Of a stretch of 64,000 bases of DNA, positions 10,561 to 19,218 are shown piece by piece. The DNA comes from Polyangiales bacterium (GTDB taxonomy: Bacteria; Myxococcota_A; Polyangia; Polyangiales; Houyiibacteriaceae). A program made the position numbers and the translations under genes. The notes below the pieces were generated by a model. That model was given only the letters and a program-made list of their open reading frames with translations, had not been told where the DNA came from and did not search any database. The DNA is taken from assembly GCA_045106895.1 (NCBI GenBank), contig JBGCFM010000100.1, positions 1-64,000 on the forward strand, given 5' to 3'. How positions within the stretch are numbered: the stretch's first letter is position 1; each line of letters opens with the position of its first letter.

Positions 10561-11889
10561 CTAGTCGATGTCTCCGCCAGATTTCAGGCGATGAAAATGA
10601 CGGCGCGCAATCTCCGCGGACTTCGCTGCGTCCGTGACGCTGCCGTGGAGTTCCAGCATGCTCGCGACATAGGTCGCGTTGAACGCTTCGACCATCACCT
10701 GCTTTGCTTCACGGTAGGGCATCGACATCACTGCCTTGTCGCGGAGCACGTCGGCCAAGAAACGCTTCGGCGGCGCGACCTCTCCGCGCATCACGACAAG
10801 GCGCTCCATGTAGTTTCGCAGCTCACGCGCATTGCCCGGCCACCCATGACTGATGAGGTGCTCCTTCACCTCATCGCTCAAGAGCTCAGGAGCACCGTTG
10901 AAGTGCTCTAGGAACAGGCGAGCGAGCAGGATGACATCGCCGAGTCGCTCCCGAAGAGGCGGCACTCGAACCGCAACGACGGAGAGTCGATGGAAGAGGT
11001 CGAGTCGAAAGCGCCCCTCCTCGACTTCACGGTCCAAGTTTCGGTTCGTCGCTGCGATGATTCGCAGGTCCACAGGAACCCGCTTGGAGCCGCCGACCCT
11101 TTTTACCGACCGCGCATCCAGCACGCGTAGAAGCCGTGGCTGCAGCGAGGGCTCGAGTTCCCCGAGTTCGTCGAGAAAAAGTGTGCCGCCATGAGCCTGT
11201 TCGAACGCTCCGATTCGACGCTGCGTTGCGCCGGTGAAGGCCCCCGCCTCATGACCAAACAACTCGGACTCCACCAAGTTATGTGGGATGGACCCACAGT
11301 CCACGACGACGAGAGGCCCCGCCCTCCGGCCGCTCCGCTGATGGATCGCTTCCGCCAGTAACTCTTTGCCAACGCCCGACTCGCCTTCGATGAGTATTGT
11401 GGAATCAGTGCCGGCGGCGAGCTTCAGCGTTGTATAAAGATACTGAAGCGATTCCGCGCGCCCAACGAAACGCCCCAAACTCCCTCGCTGGCGAACCGGC
11501 GTCCGATCACGCCCGCTCGCCTCGACGGTGAGCTGCGTCTGCCCGACGCGGATCGTGGAGGACACACCGATGGTCGCCTCCGCAATGCGCACGCCGTTGC
11601 ACCAGGTGCCATTCCGACTTCCGAGGTCTCGCACTCTCAACCCGTCAGGGACGGGCGAGAGTTCGAGATGCCGTCTCGAAACCATTCGATCGACGAGTTT
11701 GAGGTCGACGCTCTCCGAGGTGCCAACAAGAACCTGACGCTCAACGTCGAGAGCGAGACCCGGCTGCTCCCCCACGGTCACAACGAGTTTGTACACGGAG
11801 GGATATGGCCCCGGGCTCCCGCCGGCAGCCGCGGTGCGTACCTCACTGCCGAGGTCCTCGGGTGGCGGGTCCTGTGTTCCTGAGCTCAC
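10561..11889 (-). CDS. FHA-domain sigma54-dependent enhancer-binding protein (FHA-AAA+-Fis HTH)
   Basis: FHA motifs VSRRH and DLGSRNGTW. Walker A GESGVGKE, ESELFGHEAGAFTGA, LFLDE, WPGNAREL, C-terminal HTH. Confidence 0.93.
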   Translation of the reverse strand: MSSGTQDPPPEDLGSEVRTAAAGGSPGPYPSVYKLVVTVGEQPGLALDVERQVLVGTSESVDLKLVDRMVSRRHLELSPVPDGLRVRDLGSRNGTWCNGVRIAEATIGVSSTIRVGQTQLTVEASGRDRTPVRQRGSLGRFVGRAESLQYLYTTLKLAAGTDSTILIEGESGVGKELLAEAIHQRSGRRAGPLVVVDCGSIPHNLVESELFGHEAGAFTGATQRRIGAFEQAHGGTLFLDELGELEPSLQPRLLRVLDARSVKRVGGSKRVPVDLRIIAATNRNLDREVEEGRFRLDLFHRLSVVAVRVPPLRERLGDVILLARLFLEHFNGAPELLSDEVKEHLISHGWPGNARELRNYMERLVVMRGEVAPPKRFLADVLRDKAVMSMPYREAKQVMVEAFNATYVASMLELHGSVTDAAKSAEIARRHFHRLKSGGDID

Positions 11890-12010
11890 CCTCGAATACT
11901 AACCGCTATGAGCGGCGCGGAAAACGTTCCTAATCTCCACGGGCGAGCAAATGGGGCGCGAGCAAATGGGCGAGCGAACACGGCGACGCCCCGCGACGCG
12001 GTCGAGAGTG

Positions 12011-12650
12011 TTAGCGCTGAAGTCTGTAGGCGACGCGCCACTCGCATCCCGCGAGAGAATTCCACTCTGAAAAGCCAAAGAGCTCTCTGGTCGCGTCGTC
12101 GCAATCTACATTCGCACCGAGGGGTGTCTCGTCCACTCGAACGCGCTGTTCGCCGTCGAAGCTGCCGTCTCCGCGTGGCTCCATTGTGATGCGGATTCGA
12201 ATGTCGACGGAGCACTCCAGCTCGGGGCGCAGGTCGCGTGTCAGCTCAAGCTCCCCATCATAAGATCCATCACCCTCCGGTGTGAGGACTAAGCCAGGCG
12301 CCTCGGCCACCTCGAACTCCCCTGCTCCGATGCTGTTGAAGGTGTACGTATTCTCGATCGATTGCCGCCCCGCAGTCGTTCTCCGACCAAACCGGGCCGA
12401 TGACGTTGAACGTGCCTCCTTCAAAGGAAGACGTCGCCGCGTCAGGCCCTGCGAAGGCAACCCGCCCGGGCCCTGAATCTGCGCCGAGGAAAGCGTCCGG
12501 TGAGGCGAGCGCGTCGTCATCGCCGCAGACTGGCAGAGCGAGGGCCAAGGCAAGCGCGGAAACAAACATGAGCATGCGGCGCCTGCTTGAACTGAAGGCT
12601 TCGTTGAGCCGGCTGCGAGAGATAGAGTAAGCGAAAGATTTATTGAGCAT
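12011..12650 (-). pseudogene. Frameshifted secreted/lipoprotein-like gene
   Basis: The N-terminal frame (...ALALALALPVCGDDD...ENDCGAAI) joins the C-terminal frame (ENTYTFN...RLQR) if one copy of the CGAT duplication at 12355-12362 is removed, giving a 211-aa ORF. Confidence 0.65.
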
Positions 12651-12919
12651 TGATGACTCCAAATACCGCTCGAAAAGCCGAGCGTGCACGGCCCCTATGC
12701 ACCGACCGTTCAGTCGCTCAGCATCGCCATCGTCCCGACGATCATTCTTGCGCTGTACCGTCGAATAGGCCGAATCCTCGCACGCGCCGCACTCCTCGCC
12801 GCGTGCGTTGAGACCTTCGCTGTCTCACTGAGGACCGAGGACCCTATCGCCTCGGAGCGCTGCGGAGTCGATGAACGGCGTTGCAGATTCCCCGGTGTTC
12901 TCATGCGCCGCGGTGGCGC

Positions 12920-14014
12920 TCACGGTGAGGCGCGAGTGGCCCACCAAAGCGCTGCCGCCAACAGAAGCGCCACAACAATGACCCAAGGGAAGAACGCGGG
13001 CGGGGCGCGGCGCGGCGTCGGTTTGGCATCTCCGGCGCTCGACGGGCGACGAACGCGGTCGATGTTGACCCCTCTCGTCTCAGGATCTTCGACCGCTTGA
13101 AGCTGAGTACGGAGTGCATCCAACTCAGGACCTCCAAACTCGGAAACCACACGGGTGAGATCATCGCGCTCCGGCCTGGAGCCGATCGCTCGGAGCGCAT
13201 GCGACATTGCACGAGCGGTCTGGAAGCGCTCAGCCGAGTCTCTCTGAAGTGCACGAGCGATCACGTCCGCGAGTTCGCTCGAAACGCTCGGCCGGATCTC
13301 CGTGACCATTGGAATTGGTCTGTGCATAACAGAGTCCATGATCTCGACAGGGTTGCTCCCCATGAAGAGACGCCGACCGACAACGGTCTCCCAAAGCACG
13401 ATACCCAACGCAAAGATGTCCGAGCGAGCATCGACACCTTCCCCGAGGCACTGCTCGGGTGAGAAATAGCGGTACTTCCCTTTGAGTTCCCCGGTTTGCG
13501 AGCGCGTGCGGCGGTGGAGGGCCGTAGCGACGCCAAAGTCCGTCATGCGGGCATATCCATCGAGTCCGACCATTATGTTCTGAGGAGACACGTCTCTGTG
13601 CACCATTTCGAGATCTTTGCCCGTGACGGTCTTCGCGCGGTGCGCGTCATCGAGTCCAAGTGCAGTTTGGGCGGCGACCTCGACGAGGAACGAGTCGGGA
13701 AGGCGCTTCTTTTGTTGCGTCGCGCTTCGATAAAGAGACGCCAGTGTAGACCCGACAACGAGGTCCATGACCAGATAGAGGCCGCCGGCGTCGTCTCGCC
13801 GAAGGTCGTGGGTATGAACGACGTGTGGACTCGCGATGTTGCTCGCGAGGTGCGCCTCATCTGTAAACATCTCGACGAAATGCTCGTCGTCCACGAGGGA
13901 GGGAAGCATGTACTTCAACGCAACGAGACGCTGAAAGCCCTCCTCGCCTCGACGCCGTCCCACCCAAACTTCGGCCATGCCGCCAGATGCAATCAAGAAT
14001 AGCCGTTCGTACAT
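12920..14014 (-). CDS. Ser/Thr protein kinase with a C-terminal TM helix
   Basis: GGMAEV, VALK, HRDVSPQN, DFG, SPE, DIFALG. The stop comes a few residues after the TM helix. Confidence 0.9.
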   Translation of the reverse strand: MYERLFLIASGGMAEVWVGRRRGEEGFQRLVALKYMLPSLVDDEHFVEMFTDEAHLASNIASPHVVHTHDLRRDDAGGLYLVMDLVVGSTLASLYRSATQQKKRLPDSFLVEVAAQTALGLDDAHRAKTVTGKDLEMVHRDVSPQNIMVGLDGYARMTDFGVATALHRRTRSQTGELKGKYRYFSPEQCLGEGVDARSDIFALGIVLWETVVGRRLFMGSNPVEIMDSVMHRPIPMVTEIRPSVSSELADVIARALQRDSAERFQTARAMSHALRAIGSRPERDDLTRVVSEFGGPELDALRTQLQAVEDPETRGVNIDRVRRPSSAGDAKPTPRRAPPAFFPWVIVVALLLAAALWWATRASP

Positions 14015-14028
14015 GGCTCAAGAGCCGC

Positions 14029-14874
14029 TTAGCGCAGCGTAAAACTAACGACGACCATGGCGCCGCCAACCCCAACGATTCCAAGCCCAACGTTCCGTAT
14101 GCGTGTTGTTCGCTCGCCCTGACTCCGCCGGTCTTGCGTTGGCTCGGCCACATAATCGCTGTGAAGTCTTCGCGTCCGCACGCCAGCGCCGATAGCGGCG
14201 GCTGTTGCCGCACCCACAAGCACAACGCCCGACCACAACAAAATACGCGAGCCGCGTGTTGGCGTTACGACGATGGGAACTTCTTCTTCCCCGGGTGCCT
14301 GCGCCAAGTCGCTTCCATGAACCGGCACCGTCGCTCCGGCCTCCCCTTCCACGCGAATCCGTCGAGGGCCTTGAGGAAAAAGCAGCGTCAGCACCTGCGC
14401 CCCAGGATCCGTCCAGACCTCGCAGGGCGTCCGGCACACCTCGAGACCGTCACGATGCACGGCAATATCATCGCCGTCACTGGAGACCACGAGGTGAAGA
14501 AGCCTGGGTCTTAGCGCCGCCTGACGGGAACGAGCCCTACGAACGACGGACTCGGGCAAGGGGGATTGAATGGCCAACTCGTATTCCGCGTGGGCTTCGC
14601 CTAGCCGTTCGCCCGCCTCGAGACATCGGGCGATGTTGAGGTGAAGTTGATCATGGGGCCGGACATCGAACGCTTCCCGAAGAAGTTCAACGCATCGGTC
14701 GTACTCCCCGTTTCGGAACGCCGTCTCCGCGAGTCCAAACAAAGCCGGCGCACGGTCCTCAACCTCTGCGTCCGCCACCGCAGGGTGCGCGGTCCAGGAC
14801 ATCAAGACAACGCATGCGATGGCCTTGATCACCAGGCGGACATTGGGGTTAGTAAGGATTGGGAGACCATCCAT
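14029..14874 (-). CDS. Secreted TPR + PEGA-like protein with a C-terminal hydrophobic hairpin
   Basis: Signal-like segment ending AVA, AFRNGEYDRC...LHLNIARCLE TPR, DGLEVCRTP, two hydrophobic helices. The start could be GTG 14832. Confidence 0.75.
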   Translation of the reverse strand: MDGLPILTNPNVRLVIKAIACVVLMSWTAHPAVADAEVEDRAPALFGLAETAFRNGEYDRCVELLREAFDVRPHDQLHLNIARCLEAGERLGEAHAEYELAIQSPLPESVVRRARSRQAALRPRLLHLVVSSDGDDIAVHRDGLEVCRTPCEVWTDPGAQVLTLLFPQGPRRIRVEGEAGATVPVHGSDLAQAPGEEEVPIVVTPTRGSRILLWSGVVLVGAATAAAIGAGVRTRRLHSDYVAEPTQDRRSQGERTTRIRNVGLGIVGVGGAMVVVSFTLR

Positions 14875-16390
14875 CCGAGAATGCAGCTTCTGTCATATCC
14901 GTGCTCATCGCCGCAGGCGTCGGAGTTGACATCGGGTCGGGTCGGGCCATCGTCGGGCGCCTCACGCGGCGCATCATCGACGCACTTGCCATCGCAGCTG
15001 GAATCGGCGCCATCGCCACCGCCGGCGGCTCTACAACGGCCGTCGGAACCAGCGGAACTTGCGACGCTTGTTCGGCCGGGGGCGTCACGGCGACAGGTTC
15101 CTCTTGAGCCGACTCTTCGTTTTCGTATTCGGGCGCTTCGCGTGAAGCTTCCGCAGCCGGAGGCGGTGTGATGGCGTTGGAGGCTTGTGAGTCGTTGTCG
15201 GAAGCACTCGTCCGCCAAACGTATCCAAGAACGCCGGCGACGAGGATCGCACACAAGGCAACCAACGCCGCCCCGCGGCCGCGTCCATCTCGGCCTGCCA
15301 TCGAGGACACGGGCCCGGCGACGGTCGTTGCAACGGAACCGACAACCTCATCGTTGGACGAGGTGTCCTCGATGGAAAGCGGCGGAGGTTCGGCGCGAAG
15401 CATCGAAGCAAGACGCTCATCTTCCGTCGCCCGCTCCACACCAAACATCGTGTCCATCGTCGCGGCAATGTCTCTTGTCTGGTCGCCACCAAGTCGGGCA
15501 GACGCGGCGGCGAGCACCGACGCGACATACTCCGAGGACTCCGGACGCTTGGAGATATCCCTCGACAGACACGACGCGACCATCGAGGCGAGTTCCGCGG
15601 ATGCCTCAGGGCAGTACTTTTGCACGGAGACAACCTCGCGGTTGCACACGTTCCACATCGTGGCCGCGTTCGACTCACCTCGGAAAAGACGACGAGCACA
15701 AAGCGTCTCCCAAATTGTTACCCCCAACGCCCACAGGTCTGTGTGTGGACCGATGGGAGCGTCGCGACGAATCTGCTCCGGCGCGAGGTACGCAAACTTG
15801 CCCTTTATCTCCGAGGTTCCGGTCTGCGTGAGCCGCCCCTTCGCGGCGGCGATTCCGAAATCGACCAGGCGCACTTGCCCGTCGTACGTGACGTGAATGT
15901 TGTGCGGCGTCACATCACGATGCACAACATCCAGGGACTCACCGAGGTTGTTCGTCGTCTTGTGGGCACCGTGGAGACCGCGAGCTGCCTGGGCAAGGAT
16001 GCTCAGACGAACCCCTAAGGGGATCGTCGTCTCTGACCTGCGAGCCTGCTTGAGGACCGTCGAGAAAGCTCGCCCACGTAGAAGCTCCATGATGAGATAC
16101 GGCAGACCGTCGTGGTCGCCAACATCGTACACGTGCACGACGTTCGGATGCTCCACCCGCGCGGCAATGGAGACTTCATCGCGAAACATCTCGACGAACT
16201 TCGTGTCCGTTGCGAGCCCCGGAAGCATGATCTTCATTGCCATGACGCGGTCCATCGCCGCGTCTTGTCTTCGAACGGCGTAGATCGCAGCCATGCCGCC
16301 CTTGCCTATCGGAAGCAGCACTTCGTAGGCGCCCACGGTGCTGCCCGCCTGTGGAAGAGGAACCACCGCTCTCGCCACTTCCAAGCGCAT
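14849..16390 (-). CDS. Membrane Ser/Thr protein kinase with a disordered C-terminal tail
   Basis: GKGGMA, AMK, HRDVTPHN, DFG, APE, DLWALG, TM helix, tail ending WSPNPY. Start trimmed to ATG 16390. Confidence 0.9.
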   Translation of the reverse strand: MRLEVARAVVPLPQAGSTVGAYEVLLPIGKGGMAAIYAVRRQDAAMDRVMAMKIMLPGLATDTKFVEMFRDEVSIAARVEHPNVVHVYDVGDHDGLPYLIMELLRGRAFSTVLKQARRSETTIPLGVRLSILAQAARGLHGAHKTTNNLGESLDVVHRDVTPHNIHVTYDGQVRLVDFGIAAAKGRLTQTGTSEIKGKFAYLAPEQIRRDAPIGPHTDLWALGVTIWETLCARRLFRGESNAATMWNVCNREVVSVQKYCPEASAELASMVASCLSRDISKRPESSEYVASVLAAASARLGGDQTRDIAATMDTMFGVERATEDERLASMLRAEPPPLSIEDTSSNDEVVGSVATTVAGPVSSMAGRDGRGRGAALVALCAILVAGVLGYVWRTSASDNDSQASNAITPPPAAEASREAPEYENEESAQEEPVAVTPPAEQASQVPLVPTAVVEPPAVAMAPIPAAMASASMMRRVRRPTMARPDPMSTPTPAAMSTDMTEAAFSDGWSPNPY

Positions 16391-16415
16391 CGGAGGTAGA
16401 ATAGCGAGTTCCACT

Positions 16416-19022
16416 TCAGCGGTCCAGATGAGAGCCAGCGAGGCTAAGGCTCTCAAGCGCACGATACGAGTGGTAGTCTTGCATATAGTCGTTTCGGAAC
16501 GTGAGCTGCCTTGCGATCCACAGGATCCCCGGCCGCGGCCCCGTTGGCTCCTGCTCCCAGCGCCAGCTCCACTGCGACCAGTGAGAGACCGACGAGAGCC
16601 ACTCGTCGGCAAAGCACATCGACGACGCACCGCCGCCGCGTTCGCATTCTGAAAGACCAACCTGGTGTGCGTTCAGTTCGGCGATGCGGGCCACCACACG
16701 GCGCGCATCAGCTCCGCCCTCAGGAAGGCTGGCGACGTACGCCAGAAGTGGGATCGCATAGTAGAGCCCAGTGCTCTCTGCGTCGCGGGTTAGACCCAGC
16801 GGGTCGGCGCGGGCCAGAAGCCGAGCGGCGGCGTGCCGTAGAATCGCCAGGGCGCCGGGGTCCAATGTTCGCTCGTGTCGATACGCGAGACCCCGAACTA
16901 TTCGAACGAAGAAGTTGAACATCGCCCCAAGGCTCTCGCCCGCGAGTTGGTCATCGACGGCTTCGAAGTCGTTCGACGCAAGCGCCGCAACCATGCGGGG
17001 CAGTCGCTCCTTCCATGCGAGCAGAGCTGGGTCCGATGGTCGCTCGACCTCGAAGAGGGCAACAGCGCGGTCGACGACGTCGATACCGTTAGCGCGCGCG
17101 CTCGTTCCAGGAGAGTTCGAGGCGAAGCGCGCGATAAACTGCGCGTTCTCGTAGAGGACGTCGAGGGCGCGACGGTCGCCGCTCAGGTAGTAGTACGTCT
17201 CGACCCCGGCGACGTGTGAGTATTCCGGCGCCTGGCCATAACCACTCCAGGCTTGCTGTCCGTGACGGTGAAGTGAGCCCACAGCAAAACGTCGATTCAG
17301 TCCATCCCACGCGCAGGTCCGTCCATGAACCACGTCGTTCGATCCATAGTGAATCGTGCTCATGTCCATGGTCTGCCGTGCGAGCGCCCGCGCGTCGCGG
17401 AGAACGTCTGGGCTGCGGGTGCGTAGGTACTCAAGCCATAGCTGGTTGCTCGGTTCCCCGGAGTTCGCGGACCAACCGTAACGGCCCCGCTCGCTCCACT
17501 CCGCGCTCTCCATCGCACCACCGTCGAAGCGCCCCCGAATGTCGCCGTAGCTTTCGATTCCAAACCACAAGAACTGACTTCGTTGGTTCACACGCATGAA
17601 GTCGGCGATGGTCTTGAGCTTAAAATCAAGTCGCCGGTGCGCGGAAGACGTCGGAGAGAACCCAAAGGAGCCGACACCCATCACCCGAGTGTTGGAAATG
17701 GATTCAAGGGTGGGCAGAAGGGACACCTCCGGCTCTTCCGCGGGACCAAACGAGACACGAAAACGATGGGTTCGCGCGATGCCCTGTGCGCCCCGATTGC
17801 ACGCCTCGTGAAAGGCGGGTGACGAGGTCTCGCCATTCTCGCGGTCGATGACATCCGAGTAACGTGCGAGGTTCCAGGGCTCAACGGACCGCGGGTAGAG
17901 TTCGACGTCGACACCTTCTTCTGTCGAAGTCAGCGCTTTGGGAAAATGCTCCGCCATCTCTTCGAGGCGAACGCTCAACTCTCGCGAACCGACGTTGTGC
18001 GTGAGCCACCCTTCGTTTCGCGCCTCGACTCGTTCGCCGTCTCGTTGATGCGAAGCATAGCGATCGTGAAGTATCTGACGCACCGCGCCGTTGGCTCCGC
18101 GGGAGTTTGTCGCGCCTCTCAGAGGAAGCGCGAAGCCGAGGCCTGCAATCTGATCATCCTCGTCGCCCGTCGTCACGAACGTCTGAGCGATGCCGAGTTC
18201 AACATCGTCCGCGCGAAGCTCGATGCGCACGATGGACGTTCCCCACCAACGACCGTCCTCGGAGACAAGAGCCGACGACACACGCAGCGAGGACCGCAAA
18301 GGCCCCTCCTCCTCGACCACAACCTCCAGTCGAAAAGGGTCGAAAGCCGTGAGAGAACCGGCATACCCAAGCTCGCTTGGGTGCGCGCGGAACGACTGGA
18401 TCGCGTCGTCGTCGACCCCTGGGCCCGCCTGTGCGTTTCTCCCCTCGTAACGTGCCTCGATCCCGTCGCGCGAAATGATGATGTAGGGACCGCTCGCTCC
18501 CTCCCCGAGCATCGACTCGCCATCGACGCTCAACGCGCTCAGTCCCCGACCGTCTCTGCGAGATATCGTCGCACGGACACGGCCATTGCTTAGGACCACT
18601 TCGTCATCACTCGTTTCGATTTGAACGGGGTTGCGGGGCGAAGCGCTCGAGCTTGCGACGAGTCCCACCGGTTGCCCTTCGTAAAGTTCAGCCAGAAGAC
18701 CATCGACGAGCAACCATCGGACTGAGTCGTCGTCCCAACGGGCGAGCACTCGGCTCTGCGTGGGAACCCGTGTCCCTCCCGCGATGAGCGTCACGGTCTC
18801 CGTGGCGAGCACCCCCCGACCAAACGGAACGCCACCTCGAATGTGCCGCCCGCCGGTCTGTGGGCTGGCCAGAGTACTGATCCAATCAGCCATTCTCGGA
18901 ACGTCGTCACCGACATCGCGTTGGGCGCCGTCGCGAACACCCGCGTCGAAGGCGGCGTCAGGTGCACTCGTATCACTGCACGCGCCGAACAGAATGAGAA
19001 GTAGAGAAAGGATGCGCACCAC
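16416..19022 (-). CDS. Large lipoprotein, exo-rhamnogalacturonan lyase (YetA/PcRGLX)-like
   Basis: Lipobox FGAC, GGVPFGRG...VPTQSRVLARWDDDSVRWLLVD, WFGIESYGD, GRYGWSAN, LHRHGQQAW, YYYLSGDRRA. Confidence 0.6.
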   Translation of the reverse strand: MVRILSLLLILFGACSDTSAPDAAFDAGVRDGAQRDVGDDVPRMADWISTLASPQTGGRHIRGGVPFGRGVLATETVTLIAGGTRVPTQSRVLARWDDDSVRWLLVDGLLAELYEGQPVGLVASSSASPRNPVQIETSDDEVVLSNGRVRATISRRDGRGLSALSVDGESMLGEGASGPYIIISRDGIEARYEGRNAQAGPGVDDDAIQSFRAHPSELGYAGSLTAFDPFRLEVVVEEEGPLRSSLRVSSALVSEDGRWWGTSIVRIELRADDVELGIAQTFVTTGDEDDQIAGLGFALPLRGATNSRGANGAVRQILHDRYASHQRDGERVEARNEGWLTHNVGSRELSVRLEEMAEHFPKALTSTEEGVDVELYPRSVEPWNLARYSDVIDRENGETSSPAFHEACNRGAQGIARTHRFRVSFGPAEEPEVSLLPTLESISNTRVMGVGSFGFSPTSSAHRRLDFKLKTIADFMRVNQRSQFLWFGIESYGDIRGRFDGGAMESAEWSERGRYGWSANSGEPSNQLWLEYLRTRSPDVLRDARALARQTMDMSTIHYGSNDVVHGRTCAWDGLNRRFAVGSLHRHGQQAWSGYGQAPEYSHVAGVETYYYLSGDRRALDVLYENAQFIARFASNSPGTSARANGIDVVDRAVALFEVERPSDPALLAWKERLPRMVAALASNDFEAVDDQLAGESLGAMFNFFVRIVRGLAYRHERTLDPGALAILRHAAARLLARADPLGLTRDAESTGLYYAIPLLAYVASLPEGGADARRVVARIAELNAHQVGLSECERGGGASSMCFADEWLSSVSHWSQWSWRWEQEPTGPRPGILWIARQLTFRNDYMQDYHSYRALESLSLAGSHLDR

Positions 19023-19033
19023 AACTGCCGTGG

Positions 19034-19049
19034 AGCACGAAACACGCCA
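19034..19049 (-). promoter_or_regulatory. Putative sigma54 -24/-12 promoter of the lyase-like gene
   Basis: tGGcgtgtttcgtGCt (GG-N10-GC). Predicted +1 near 19023, next to GTG 19022. Confidence 0.5.
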
Positions 19050-19063
19050 GGCGTGTTTCGTGC
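19035..19063. repeat. Perfect 29-bp palindrome (14-bp arms, 1-nt centre)
   Basis: GCACGAAACACGCC-A-GGCGTGTTTCGTGC. Confidence 0.95.
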
Positions 19064-19218
19064 GCCAGAACGTACCCGCGCATTTCGAAGTGGGACATTC
19101 TAGGTCTCGTGGGGTCTGCAGACCGCGCACGACGCACACTGGTGCGTTGGGCAGGGCTGCACCTACGTTCAAAGTGTGAGAGGATGTTTGCTCCGGCCGA
19201 CGGCGCGACCGCTAGAAC

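Noticed and set aside
16391..16660. N-terminal extension of the kinase ORF
   Set aside because: It overlaps the upstream gene, and a -10-like box supports ATG 16390.
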